Assembly: GCF_009914755.1 (NCBI RefSeq)
Contig: NC_060947.1
Source of the DNA: the human T2T-CHM13v2.0 reference genome, Homo sapiens
DNA: 64,000 bases
Reading direction: 5' to 3' (one strand)
This document shows, piece by piece, positions 18,620 through 31,390 of this stretch. The position numbers were made by a program, and so were the translations under genes. The notes beneath the pieces were generated by a model that saw only the letters and a program-made list of their open reading frames with translations, did not search any database and was not told the origin of the DNA. Position 1 is the first letter of the stretch, and each line of letters opens with the position of its first letter.

Positions 18620-18882
18620 ATACCATTTTTGAGCATTTTCTGTGTTACAGACACAGAAATATCTGTCTTTATAATGACCTCATTTCATCCTTGTAATAGC
18701 ACTTTAATGTGGGTATCATTCTGTTTTAATAGATAGAAATTTATGATAAAATGCTCTAAAATTGAATTATATTGATAGTTGTAAAACTCAGTAAACAAGA
18801 GAAATCATTGAATTGTACACTTAAAAATGCATAAGAAAACTGAGGCTCAGAGACATGAGATTACACTTGGAAGTAGCAGAAC
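18620..18882 (-). mobile_element. MIR, split by a short L1 fragment and by THE1B (resumes at about 21162-21200)
   Basis: GAAAACTGAGGCTCAGAGA core; AAATCCAGGTCTGTCT after the provirus. Confidence 0.65.
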
Positions 18883-21161
18883 TGTATTAATCTGTTTTCA
18901 CACTGCCAACAAAGACATACCCGAGACTGGGCAATTTATAAAGAAAAAGAGGTTTAATAAACTCACAGTTCCACATGGCTGGGGAGGCCTCACAACCATG
19001 GCAGAAGGTGAAAGGCACATCTTACATGGCAGTAGTCAAGAGAGAATGAAAGCCAAGCCAAAGGGTAAACCCCTTATAAAACCATTAGATCTCATGAGAA
19101 CTCACTCACTACCACAAGAACAGTATGGGGGAAACAGTCCCCATCATTCAATTATCTCCCACCAGGTCCTTCCCACAACATGTGGGAATTATGGGAGCTA
19201 AACTGCAAGATGAAATTTGGGTGGAGACAGGGCCAAACCATATCATTCCACACCTGGCCCCTCCCAAATCTCATGTCTACACATTTCAAAACCAATCATG
19301 CCTTCCCAACAGTCCCCCAAAGTCTTAACTCATTTCACCGTTAACTCAAAAGTCCACAGTCCAAAGTCTTATCTGAGACAAGGCAAGTCCCTCCCGCCTA
19401 TGAGCACGTAAAATCCAAACCAAGTTAGTTACTTCCTAGATACGATTAGGTAAATACACCCATTCCAAATGAGAGAAATTGGCCAAAACCAGGGGTCTAA
19501 AGGCCCCATACAAGTACAAAATCCAGTGGGGCAGTCAAATCTTAAAGCTTCAAAATGATCTCCTTTGACTCCGTGTCTCAAATCCAGGTCACACTGATGC
19601 AAGAGGTGGGTTCCCATGGTCTTGGGCAGCTCCAGCCCTGTGGCATTGCAGGGTACAGCCTCCTTCCTGGCTGCTTTCACGGGCTGGAGTTGGGTGTCTG
19701 TGGCTTTTCCAGGCACACATGCAAGCTGTTGGTGGATCTACCATTCTGGGGTCTAGAGGACAGTGGCCCTCTTCTCACAGCTCCACTAGGCAATGTCCCA
19801 GTGGGGACTCTGTGTGGGGGCTTCAACCCCACATTTCCCTTCCTCAATGCCCTAGCTGAGGTTCTCCATGAGCGCCCTGCCCCTGGAGCAAGCTTCTGCC
19901 TGGAAATCGAGGCGTTTCCATACATACTCTGAAATCTAGGCAGAAGTTCCCAAACCTCAATTCTTGACTTCTGTGAACCTGCAGGCTCAACACCATGTGG
20001 AAGCTGCCAAGGCTTGGGGCTTGCACCCTCTGAAGCCATGCACCGAGCTGTACCTTGGTGCCTTTTAGCCATAACTAGAGCAGCTGGGATGGAGGGCACC
20101 AAGTCCCTAAGCTGCACACAGTGGAGAGCTCTGAGCCCACCCCAAGAAACTATTTTTTTCCTCCTAGGCCTTGGGGTCCATGATGAGAGGGGCTGCCTCA
20201 AAGGTCTTTGACGTGCCTTGGAGCCATTTTCCCCATTGTCTTAGCCATTAACATTTGTCTCTTGGTTACTTATGCAAATTTCTGCAGCCAGCTTGATTTT
20301 CATGAGTTTTTCTTTTCTATTCCATGTCAGGCTGCAAATTTTCTGAACTTTTATTCTGTCTCCCTTTTAAAACTGAATGCTTTTAACAGCCCCCAAGTCA
20401 CGTTTTGAATGCTTTGCTGCTTAGAAATTTCTTCCACCAAATACCCTAAATCATCTCTCTCAAGTTTAAAGTTCCACAAATCCCTAGGGGAGAGGCAAAA
20501 TGCCACCAGTCTCTTTGCTAAAACATAGCAAGAGTGGCCTTTACTCCAGTTCCCAACAAGTTCCTCATCTCCATCTGAAATCACTTCAGCCTGGATTTCA
20601 TTGTCCACATAATTATTAGCATTTTGGTCAAAGCCATTCAACAAGTCTCTAGGAAGTTCCAAACTTTCCCAAATTTTCCTGTCTTCTTCTGAGCCCTCCA
20701 AACTGTTCCAACCTCTGCCTGTTTACTCAGTTCCAAAGCTGTTTCCACATTTTTGGGTATCTTTACAGCAGTGCTCCACTCTATCAGTACCAATTTACTA
20801 TATTATTCATTTTCACACTGCTGATAAAGACGTACCCGAGACTCAGGTAATTTATAAAGAAAAAAAGAGTTTAATGGACTTACATTTCCACATGGTTTGG
20901 GGGGCCTCACAATCATGGTGGAAGGCAAAAAGCTTGTCTTACATGGCAATAGGCAAGAGAGAATGAGAGCCAAGTGAAAGGGGAAACCCCTTATAAAACC
21001 ATCAGCTCTCATGAGACTTATTCACTACCATGAGAACAGTATGGGGGAAACCACCCCCATGATTCAGTTATCTCCCACTGGTTTCCTCCCATAACATGTG
21101 GGAATTATGGGAGCTACAACTCAAGATGAGATTTGGGTGAGGACACATCCAAACCATATCA
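18883..21161 (-). mobile_element. Full-length THE1B (ERVL-MaLR) provirus: LTR 18883-19245, internal region 19246-20798, LTR 20799-21161
   Basis: Two LTRs of about 363 bp ending CCAAACCATATCA; THE1-int peptide EGSEEDRKIWESLELPRDLLNGFDQNA; 5-bp TSD AGAAC/TGAAC. Confidence 0.95.
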
Positions 21162-21595
21162 TGAACCATAATCTAAATCCAGGTCTGTCTAAGTTAAAAA
21201 AAAAAGTTTTTCTACATCAGGTGGCCTCCTATGGTGGGGTCAAGCTGAAAGCTTGCTAAATCAGAATAAAGAAGATATAGGGAAATTGCTACCAGTTGAG
21301 GCTGGAAGTGAGCACCACAGATGGGCCCACATTCCCACAGGGAATAAGCACTTCCATAAGTTTTGTTCAAGTTATTATCAGATGAAATGTACAATAGGGA
21401 ATGCATAAGTAAGGTGCAGCTGCACTAAGTTGCTCTGTGTTCTTTCCATGTGGCTATTACCCTGGCTTTCCAGGGATAAGTGTACTTTTTATAAAATTGA
21501 TCTCTGTTTGTATGGAATTTTCTTTAAGGCCAAGTATAACATCTCTGACTTCACATAGAAAGATCTTGAAAGCCCTAGAAGATTTAAAGAAGAAA

Positions 21596-21845
21596 GTACT
21601 TTCTCAGAAAACCCTTCCTGACTTTCAGGCCAGGACAAACCCCTTCTTTATAGGCTGTTGAGGGTCTCTTAACCTTCCCTTTGGAGCACTTGTTATTATA
21701 ATTTTACATGTATTAATATGACTACTGATTGTTTCCCTCATAAGACTTCAAGCTCCTTGAGAGTAGGTAAACTGACCCTCTTTTCACCTCTGTGCCAGTG
21801 TCTGACACAGAGAAGGTGCTCAGCAAATATTTGTGAATGAACTAA
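21596..21845 (+). mobile_element. L2 3' fragment
   Basis: AAGCTCCTTGAGAGTAGG...GTGTCTGACACAGAGAAGGTGCTCAGCAAATATTTGTGAATGAA. Confidence 0.75.
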
Positions 21846-21998
21846 CAGGAAACTTAGCTTCCTTCCTTTATACAGTCTGACCTTGAAATTAATCTCTTTT
21901 AAGAGGATAAAAGATTAAAAATATAGAGCATTGGTAAAAATAAATAAGATACAATATAGTAAAAAGAGACACAGAAGAAATAATCAAACCATTCTTAT

Positions 21999-22140
21999 AG
22001 GAGTAGATCCAGGTCTTGCTGTGTCTAAATCTCATAGAATTTGAGGAACCCCTCTTTAAGAAAAAGAGTTTCTGCCAAAATACATAATTGCTAGGACCCC
22101 CACCCAGTCACAGACATGGGCACAAATTAAGGTCCCTTAT
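21999..22140 (-). mobile_element. hAT-Tip100 MITE (Arthur1A/MER69-like), degraded
   Basis: GTAGATCCAGGTCTTG...ATAGAATTTGAGGAACCCCTCTTTAAGAAAAAGA; similar in reverse complement to 54390-54453. Confidence 0.5.
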
Positions 22141-23299
22141 TATCCGGGCAAAAGCAGCTGTAAGATTCTGCCAGGAAGCTCATGCAGAGTCCACAGATGA
22201 ACCCCACCTGGAGCCAAGACTCCTGGCTGTGGGCTTGCCTAGCATAGAGGGAGCATTTGATCTCCAGCAGCCATAGAAAGGGTGTGCTGCTATCCCACTA
22301 CCAAGTTTCCAGGCAGCTGGCAGTGCCACCTTCTCATCAATATCTCTGGGTTCCAAGTACCCTAGGTTGCCTACTATGATTAACCCCTGTTGTAGATTGC
22401 TCAGGAGAGTCTTTTCGTTTCCTGCTCCCTAGAGGCACAGAGAAGAGGATACAGGCCTTCCTTTTGGAGAGAGAGAGAGATAAGGTGAAAAGGAATATTG
22501 TAAAGACTAGCAGCCTCCTTGAGAACAGGGAGTGCACCAGAGACATCACCTCTGGCTATGCTGGCACAGAGTATGGACTCAGCTAATATCTGTGGCATCA
22601 AAGTGGACACAGTCTGACAAAAAGAGCCACCTTCCAGTCTTGTTTCAATCCCAGCCCTCCAGCCTAGTAGGAAGCTGCAGAGTTACTCAGTGTCTGCTTG
22701 GCAATCACCAACGGTTCCTTCCTTCTTAGACCAAAGCTGCATCTCTCTGGATTAACTGAGCCACAGAATACACAGGCCTTTTGCTATTACTTCAAAATAG
22801 TGTCCTTTTGCAGAAATCATGCCATCAATCCAATGGACATGCCTCCCTCTGCGAACAGTGAGGCCAGGGACAAATAAATGGCCAGTGCACATCATGAATC
22901 CCTCCGTGACAGGGCAGCTTGGAGAAAGGAATGGAGTTCAGCACATTTGTATAAAATAAAAACGGATGGGTTCTGTTCTGCAACAATCTGAATTTCAGCC
23001 ACTCTGACATCTAAAAATGCCTTGCCCATCTTCTTCACTGTCAAATACTTTAGAGCTTGGGCTGCTTGTCAGGGCTTTTTAGTGGGAATATAAGCCTAAA
23101 AGGATACACTTTCAAAAGAATTCCTGCACCTTTCACTAACAGCAAGGCAACCAGATCTCCTAACTTCTGCAATTCAGGGCCCACCTGTAGACCAGCTTTA
23201 TCATGCTCAGAAAAGGAAAAGAAGAACAAGGGCAATGGCCACTAGCAGGAGTGGAGCATCCAATTGCCAAGCCTTGAACTTGCTCCCCATTTGTCATTT

Positions 23300-24595
23300 C
23301 TCCATTTATGTAACAAATATTTGCTATACCCACAGTGACAGGCGACCCTGTGATCTCTCAGGAAGAGACCATATCTTGTTTCTTTTGTTGTAAATGATCA
23401 TGAATTCAGGATGGAAAGAGATGTGGCCCTGGCCCTCAAGGAGATCACAAGATAGCAAGGAGACAGATAACTAACCCAATTAAAATAAATTATGACCAGT
23501 ATGGTGATAAAGATAGGCACAGGTGCTATGCTAACACATAGAGAAAACCCCTAGTCTCCAGGGATGGTGCAAGGTTTCCTGAATGAAGTGACATCTAAGA
23601 TGATATCATAGAAGTGAAGAGCACTAAGCCTGACAAAGGCGGAAGGGTGTTGCAGGTTATTCCATCAGGCTTAACCTGTGGTTAGAGTGGCCCCAAAAGC
23701 AGTAGCAGGGGTGTTTCTGCAAGGGATTGCCCCAAACAGGGCCAGTTGGGATTCCAAAGAAAGAAGGACTAAATGCCACAGAGATCCATCCAAAGCATTT
23801 ATTAAGAGAATTTACATACAGAGTTCTGTATGTAAATTTGAGCAGTCCTCAAAATGGACAGTGAGCAGAAGGAGAATTTCCACCTAGGTAGTCTGCAACA
23901 AGGGGGTTGGGCTATGGAGTTTATGTGAGGCTTTAAGTATCTAGCTCAGGGGGAGGGGCTATTTTTTGTTTGTAGCAATATGTTTGATTTTTTAGTTTTT
24001 TGGACTGTAGCCTAAATAAGTTTATCAGTGTTTGGGAATATTCAAGAACCTGGCTTGTGTTCAAGCCTGCAGGGAAAAACATGTAGCTGGCCAGGTAGCA
24101 TAGAGGTCAAGACAATCTGTGTTCCTTGATCAGGAACACAGCAGGGAGTACTACGGTACTCTACACAGACAAAGGGAAGTACAAGGCCAAAGGCTTAGAG
24201 ATAAATAAGAACAGGACACATTGTGGGGACCTAAAGAAACTTAGGCTGGCTAAAGAATCCAATTTTGTCTGTCTGGCTAATGGCAAAGAAGCAAGATATG
24301 AGACTGGAGAAATAGGCAGGAGCCTGGTAATGAAACCATATTAAGAAGTTTGAATTACTATTGCAGTAATGGAGCTATTGAAAGGTTACAATCAATAAAG
24401 TAGCTGGTTAGTTTTCAATTCTGGAAATCCCTCTCTGGCTATAGAGTGAAAGGTTGAAGGAGGAGAGACTATCCATATGAAAGATGGTTTAAATAGTCCA
24501 AGAGATGATGGTTGCCTGAACTTAGGTGGAGACAGTAGGAATGGAGAAGAGTAGACAGATTCAAGAGGTATTTTCAGAGCTATATTCAATGGCAC
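23300..24595 (-). mobile_element. L2 fragment interrupted by an LTR at 23648-24165
   Basis: AACAAATATTTGC, GGCCCTCAAGGAGATCACA, GGTTTCCTGAATGAAGTGACATCTAAG; resumes with GGCCAAAGGCTTAGAG and AGTCCAAGAGATGATGGTTGCCTGAAC. Confidence 0.75.
23648..24165 (-). mobile_element. ERVL solo LTR (MER74/MER88/LTR53 group, tentative)
   Basis: TG...CA termini; GGCCAGTTGGGATTCCAAAGAAAGAAG...CCAAAGCATTTATT (polyA signal on the minus strand). Confidence 0.6.
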
Positions 24596-24999
24596 ATGTA
24601 GGAAAAGAAACAGGGCTGGGTATTTCCATTCCCCAGGGCTTAAGTGAGAGACTGGAGACAGTGTCTAGAAGGGAAAGCAAGTTTAGATATGAGTCAAAAA
24701 ATTGCTGCTACCAAGAGGTCCAAGGAGGCAAAAGCCAGGAGTAGGACTCCGAAGAGCAGGCCATCTTTCTGCCAGGGAAGCTATTGTCTGGGTAACCATT
24801 GAGGAGCAGGATCTAACTGATGGGAGATTGAGAGGGTCAAGAACTGGGTCCTCAAGGAATAGTTAGCTCCTGATAGCTAAGAAATAGGATCTAACACAAA
24901 ATCTCACCATGCTGCTCCCATGCTATCTATTCCATTCAAGATAATCTCAAAAACAGAAGGAAGCCAGGGCCCAAAGTTTATATGCATCAGTAGCTTCAG

Positions 25000-25392
25000 T
25001 CATCATTGTGTGGGGTAGGGATTCTGGAAGGGCTCAGTTGGCAGATCCTGCTCCACATGGCATCAACTGGGCTCACTTGGTGGTGTCAGCTGACAGGTGG
25101 GCCAATTTGCAAAATATGGGATGGCTTCAGCCACATGTCTGGTGCCCCAACTTCTGGGGATGGTTGGAAGTTTTCCACTCGGGGGGGATTATTGACCAGA
25201 ATGCTTACACATGGCTTCAGGGTAGTTGGAGTTCATCCACAGCATCCCAGAGTTCCCAGAGAGGTGTCTCAAGATTCAGAAAATTGGTACCCATCACTGC
25301 CATTGTATTCTACTGGTCAAAGATCGTGTAGATATAGATTCCTCTTGATGGAAGGAATGCCAGCAACTTTGCATCCATCTTTAATTCACCAT
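25000..25392 (-). mobile_element. Old MLT1 (H/I-like) MaLR LTR
   Basis: GGAAGGGCTCAGTTGG...ATGGCTTCAGCCACATGTCTGG...ATTCTACTGGTCAA...CCTCTTGATGGAAGGAATG. Confidence 0.65.
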
Positions 25393-25641
25393 GAGACCTG
25401 AAAAGACATAAGGTAGGTAAGGTGCTTAGCATAGTGTCTGACACATAGTAAGCACACGATACAGGAATAGAATTTTTTGTAGCTAATGGCAAGGTTCAAG
25501 TGAAGAAAACCATGAATTGTAAGGTCTTTGCATAGTTCTCAAGCTACTGTGGCTCTTCACTAGTTAATATGATCCAATCCAGCGCCATATTCTGCTCTCA
25601 ATCCCTTGAGCAGTTTGATAATTACATCTTCTGCATCTAAG

Positions 25642-25685
25642 TTTATTTTATTTTATTTTATTTTATTTTATTTATTTATTTTTTT
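25642..25685. repeat. (TTTTA)n/(TTTA)n simple repeat
   Basis: Direct reading. Confidence 0.9.
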
Positions 25686-26669
25686 GCTGAGAAGAAGAAA
25701 CAAGGTTGTTGTAGACAGTGGAGTCCATGTGCAAAAATTAAAATCTGTGTGTCAGCGTGTCCTCAAAATCAGTGGACAGGAGGGAAGAGAAGCAAAAGCA
25801 TGCAGGGCATGCCATGGCAAAAGATTTGGGCTGCTGAGAGCCCCTGATCCACAAAGCTGCCATTGCTTTTGGTCCCAGGATTTAGTGCCAGACTCACAGA
25901 GATGTCGTGAGACAGTGAGACCTCCTGGCAGTGGAAAAGGTCATGTACCACAGAACATGAGTACCCTCCTGAAACTACCTTCCTATCCAAATGCCTCCTT
26001 GAAAATCCCAACTCAATTGAAAAAGAAAAATCTGTCAGTCCTGATATATTAGAAAGACAATTCAAGCAGCTGCTATTTGTATTTTATTTTTAGACATCTT
26101 TAATTTTTCCTTCAGACTGATCACAATTTCTATAATATTATTTCTTCTTCTAGGTCAAACAACATCTGTTGTATAAAAAAAATAAACTAATTCACATTGT
26201 CGAGTTTACAACTTCCATTTTTATTGTGCTGCAGCAATATCATGTAGTTATTTTATTTCCCCTCAGAAGAAGTCGTTATGGTTGATGGTGTCAATCGACC
26301 ATAGATTAAAGGGTCCCCAAACAGACTGTGGCACATTGTTGAGGCTTTTAGTGTCAATAATCCTTGAGTAGGCTCTGATATGATTAACTACAATAACTCT
26401 AAATGATCAATTCCTGTTTATTGTTAAAATGGAACTCTGCTTATGCCAAGGAATACCTTTCAGAAAGTTCCTTTCTACCACATTTGTGTTTCTTCCTGTC
26501 TTAGGATCTCCATTAAATAAGAAATCTGGGTGAAGTCACTTTTGCAGCTTGGTCCTAATCATGAGGAAGGGATGTTATTAAAAGAAGCAAATGAGCAAGT
26601 TTTTGACTAATGAGCAGGTTACTATAGCTAAAAATTACTGAAGAATTAACCCCCTGGCCTCCTTTCTGT

Positions 26670-27035
26670 TTGGTGCACATGCTGTTTGCTTCTTCGGCCT
26701 GGAAACCTCTTCCCCACCCCTTCCTTTAGCTAATGCCTACACATTCTTCAGATCTCAGCTCAACTGTCACTGTCATTTTAAATCCCCTCTCCCAGCAGAA
26801 TAGGTAATATCCCCTTACTCTACATTCTTGCCACACCATGTACCTTTCTGCTGGCACACTTACTACAGTTGCAATTTTGTTTAAATTTGTGAGATCATTC
26901 ACTGAAATGTATACCTCTCCCACCAAACTAGAAGATATGAGTAGAGGCACCATGTCTAATTCGCTCATCATTATATCCCTAGCACCTGGCACAATACTTG
27001 GAATATAGTAATCATTCAATAAGTATTTGATGAGT
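26670..27035 (+). mobile_element. L2a 3' end
   Basis: TCTTCAGATCTCAGCTCAACTGTCAC...TATCCCTAGCACCTGGCACAATACTTGG...TCAATAAGTATTTG. Confidence 0.8.
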
Positions 27036-27056
27036 CATCAAGCTAGCTCTGTTCCT

Positions 27057-27787
27057 GTATCTGGACAGGCAGCTCTAGCTGCTGTGGCATACAGCCCCAG
27101 AATCTCAGTGGATTAACACAATAAAGATTTATTTCTCATTCACATCAAAATATAACATAGATTGGACAGCTCTCATTGGAGGCTATTTTCCATGTGATTA
27201 TCTAGGGATCTAGATTTCTTCCATCTAGTGATGCTGCAGTCTTCAACATATAACGAGCCCTACTTAAAGGCAGGTTCTGCAATCACAGATTCAACCAACT
27301 GCAGACAGAAAATATTCAGAAATAAAACAAATGAAAAATAACAATACAACAGTAAAAAATACAAACAGAAGAAAACAATACAGTATAACAACTATTTACA
27401 TAGCATTCACATTGTGTTAGGTATTAAAAGTAATCTCAATATGATTTGAAGTATTGGTGAGGATATGTGTAGGTTATATGCAAGTACTATACCATTCTAT
27501 ATCACAGACTTGAGCACCCACGACTTTTGGTATCTGCAGAGGTCCTGGAACTCATCCCTGTGAATACTGAGGGATAGCTATATAGTGTGCACAATCTCTA
27601 AAGAAGGGAAAAAGAGAACACGGACAGTGGTATAAGGGATTCTATAGCCAGGCTTAGAAATGGCACACTCTTACTTGTGCTCACACTCCATCCAACCCGA
27701 CCATAAGCAGGGTTAAGAAATGTAGTCTTTCTGTGTACCCAGGAAGAGAAAACAGGATTGGTGAATATCCAGTCCATCTTGGCCACA
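27057..27787 (-). mobile_element. MLT1K/L-like MaLR LTR interrupted by MER2
   Basis: AATCTCAGTGGATTAACACAATAAAGATTTATTTCTC...; after MER2, GAAATGTAGTCTTTCTGTGTACCCAGGAAGA...GCCACA. Confidence 0.7.
27251..27580 (-). mobile_element. MER2 (TcMar-Tigger)
   Basis: GATTCAACCAACTGCAGACAGAAAATATTC...AACAACTATTTACATAGCATT...GGTCCTGGAAC...GAATACTGAGGGA, flanked by TA. Confidence 0.88.
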
Positions 27788-28146
27788 TGCTGTTCCACAG
27801 CTTACCACATTTTACAACAATGAATACCAATGAGAAATCAACAAACCCCAAAATATTGTGCTCACTTTCTCTCCCTACTCTTATACCTTACCTTAGCCAT
27901 CCTTGATTCTAATGATTCCAATTAGAGTTGAGGGCTTTAAATCAATGGTGTCTTGGTTAAATATTGTTTAAGAAGCAAGTAGATACTTAAAAAACTGAAA
28001 AACATAACCAACCCAGGTCAGCTCCCTCATCAAAACCCTCTAATAGCTTCCCATCACTTGTCACAGACATACAAGGTTTTCCATGCTTTGGTTCTTAATA
28101 CCTTTCCAGAAGCAAGCAGGAGATTTGTTTAAGGTAACTTGTTTTA

Positions 28147-28528
<382 letters not shown>

Positions 28529-28759
28529 TCATTCTGCTCCAAAATATACTTATGGGTATTTAAATTTAAACTGGCTCCCTAGACATTTCTAAACACAGTG
28601 ATTGTTCCAGGAAGATGTCCTGCCATTATTCAGGTTTTAGAATGTTGTCTGGCATGAGTGCAAAGGTTTAAGCAGCACAGCCCTTGAAGCCCTTAGAAAA
28701 AGAGTGTTAAACTGACTCTACTAAAAAGAGCCCAGCAGAGATGCTCCTGCCTCGGACCC

Positions 28760-29139
28760 TGTCTTAGTTTGCTTGGGCTGCCCTGACAAAGTACCACAGG
28801 CTGTGTGGCTTAATCAATAGACATTTATTTCCTCATAGTCCTGGAGGCTGGAAATCTGAGATCAAGATGTCAGCAAGGTTGGTTCCTCTCCAAGCTTCTC
28901 TCCTTGGCTTGCAGATGGCCACCTTCTCCCTGTGTCCTCACATAGCCTTTCCTGTGTGTGTGTCTGTGTCCTAATCTGTTCTTCTTTTCAGGACATCAGT
29001 TGGATTGGATTAGGGCTTACCCATATGACCTCATTTTACCTCTTTAAAGGCCTATCTCCAAATACAGTTACAATCTGAAGCATAGGAGGTTAGGACTTCA
29101 ATGTATGAATTTGAGGGGCACACGATTCAGCCCCTAACA
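28760..29139 (-). mobile_element. MLT1A/MLT1B solo LTR
   Basis: TGTCTTAGTTTGCTTGGGCTGCC...CTGGAGGCTGGAAATCTGAGATCAAG...GATTCAGCCCCTAACA. Confidence 0.88.
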
Positions 29140-30069
29140 AACTCCCAAGGTAATCTGAAGAATACTGCAAGAAAAGAAAACTTCCCCTATGAATTCATTG
29201 CAAGAAATAAATGGCCCATCCCTCAACATACATACATATCTACCCATGTTTTGGCAGTTTTAGATTCAGAGCATTTTGATTTAGGGAATTTTTGCATCTG
29301 TCTAGTGGCTGTAGAGGAGTTTTGCGCTTTGTGACACTGTTTTGTAGTTGGTTTTTCCATGGCTGCTCCACATCTAAAGCAATAAAAGGGATTTGAATTG
29401 CAATAATTTGCCTTCTCTCTGTCACTCACAGTGCCCTGACTTGGTTGCCAAGCTTTTGAGAAAAATCACAGTTATACACACACTTTCTGTGCTGATACCT
29501 GCCACCCCTCTATTTGCTTTCTGATAAATATGCCCTTTCCCTGGAATTCTACTCAAATGCCAGTCTGTGACTGACTCTGGTGCCTGTCTTTCCCGTGTGT
29601 TATATGACAGCCCTTCCTGCATAAGAAGCCCTGCCCCTTCAGAGAAACGTGCTCGGAACTCAGTCTCCTCACTCTTCCCCCAGCCAGCACTCAGCTGCTG
29701 AGCAGAAATGTGTTTTGGGAATGCCAGTGTGACAATTACACAGGTACCTAGGAGAACCAAAAGCTCTGGTCTCAGCTGCATGATGGCTTCAGGGAAATTA
29801 AGTGCAAGCTGTTTGGTGAATATTTCTCCTTAGGACATCATGAAATCCCAGAGGTGGGGATGCGTGGACAGTGCCTGCCTGTTTCTTTCCCCCTCCTCCC
29901 CCAAGCTTCTAGAAAGAAGAAAGAAAAAACTACAGCTTAGTATTTGATATTTTGAATTAATTAGAGCCCCAAATCCCACACCAGCCAGCAGGCTTCTTAA
30001 TGAGGCCAATGTATTCATCTTGTTCAGGGATCATTACAGTGCCTCACAATGCCCTATGGGTTTCAAAGC

Positions 30070-30285
30070 ACTACTGCGCGCCACTGCTTCATCTGGGATC
30101 CACAATCACCTTGGTAGGTGGTCAAGACAGAAGTCATCCTTTCCATTCCTAGATGAGCTTTCAGGGATGTAGAGTCACTTTTTCAAGGTCACATAACTAA
30201 TAAGCAGTAGAAACTGGATTTGAACTCAGCTGGTCTGCTACCAGGTTCCATGCAGTTAACCACTGCTGTTCTACACTGCCTCTCC
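30070..30285 (-). mobile_element. MIR
   Basis: CAAGGTCACATAACTAATAAGCAGTAGAAACTGGATTTGAACTCAG...ACACTGCCTCTC. Confidence 0.7.
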
Positions 30286-30320
30286 AGAAAGATGCACGGC
30301 TGCCTCATGACAGAGTTATT

Positions 30321-30535
30321 TAGGGATGCAGAAAAAAATACAGAGGTTCAGTAAAATTTGAATTTCAGATAAACAATTAATACGTTTTTTTGTATAAGTA
30401 TGTCCCATAGTTATGCTTATCTCACAAATCACATGGAAAATACTTACATGTACTAAACATTTATTTGATGTTTACCTGAAATGTAAATTTAATTGGATAT
30501 TCTGTTTTGTATTTGCTACATCAGCCAATACCATA
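30321..30535. mobile_element. MER53 palindromic hAT MITE
   Basis: AAATTTGAATTTCAGATAAACAA...TATAAGTATGTCCCA, with the inverted arm TGTTTACCTGAAATGTAAATTTAA. Confidence 0.85.
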
Positions 30536-30779
30536 GTCAGCACTATCCTAACAAGGCTGGCCAACCACCTGGCCTGACCAGCTCTACTCCAGCCATACCC
30601 ATGCCTGCCTAATGCCACTTTCTTTTACTGACCCTGGCTTGAAGCTTACCAGCCATGCCTTCTCCATCCTCCTGACTTCACCTGCTTAATCTGTCCCCAA
30701 GCCCCAGACAGTCAGCATTAGCTTTGGTTCTCTCATCTGGCCCTTCCTTCCCACTCCCCTAAGCACCACTGTGATCCAG

Positions 30780-31390
30780 AAGCCTATTACCTCTCATCCA
30801 GATCATGACCAAAGTTCTTCTAGTTGCTGCATTCAACAGATGACTGGCAGACATTTTCTGACCAAAGCGCAGGACATTTATCTATTCAAAACTTGCTAAA
30901 GGCTCCCTAAGTTTCTTAGTGTGGCATTCAAAGCTTTTTGGTTGGGGTCCAACTTGACAATGCCACCTCCTCTCCCCACCCCTACCACAGTTGAGTGTGG
31001 ATTATAAGCCTCAGTCACACTGAGGACCCCAGTTTCCCACTTTTGTTTGCTTCTGTCACTCCATTGACCTTGAATCTCACCTCCCTTGGCATCCTCAAGT
31101 CCAGTTTGACAACCACTGCCTCCAGGAAATATTTTATCCTTTCCACTCACACAGCCATAAGTGATTTTGCCTCTGGCTCAACTCTCACAGTGCTTCCTAA
31201 CCCTTTTTGGTACATGCCATAATATCGTTCTTTTCTTGTTTTTGCCTATGTCTTAGCTCTTCTCTCCACTGTCTTACATTCCTAGAGGACAAGAGCTATT
31301 TTTGTGTTTTGTTTCTTCTCTAAAGGGCTTAGCACAGTTTCTGTCACATGATAGATGTTCCATAGAAATGTTTGGATATAAGTGAATGGC
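30780..31390 (+). mobile_element. Degenerate L2 fragments
   Basis: CTTAGTGTGGCATTCAAAGC; GGGCTTAGCACAGTTTCTGTCACATGATAGATGTTC. Confidence 0.55.

Noticed and set aside
19429-20701. Cluster of 95-174 aa ORFs
   Set aside because: Broken THE1 internal ORF and its alternative frames.
22505-22610. Segment that first looked like a processed pseudogene
   Set aside because: CTGGCACAGAGTATGGACTCAGCTAATATCTGT fits a degenerate L2 3' end; no frame gave a known protein.
25606-26052. 148-aa ORF with a hydrophobic N-terminus
   Set aside because: The hydrophobic stretch is a translated (TTTTA)n repeat, and the start is non-ATG.
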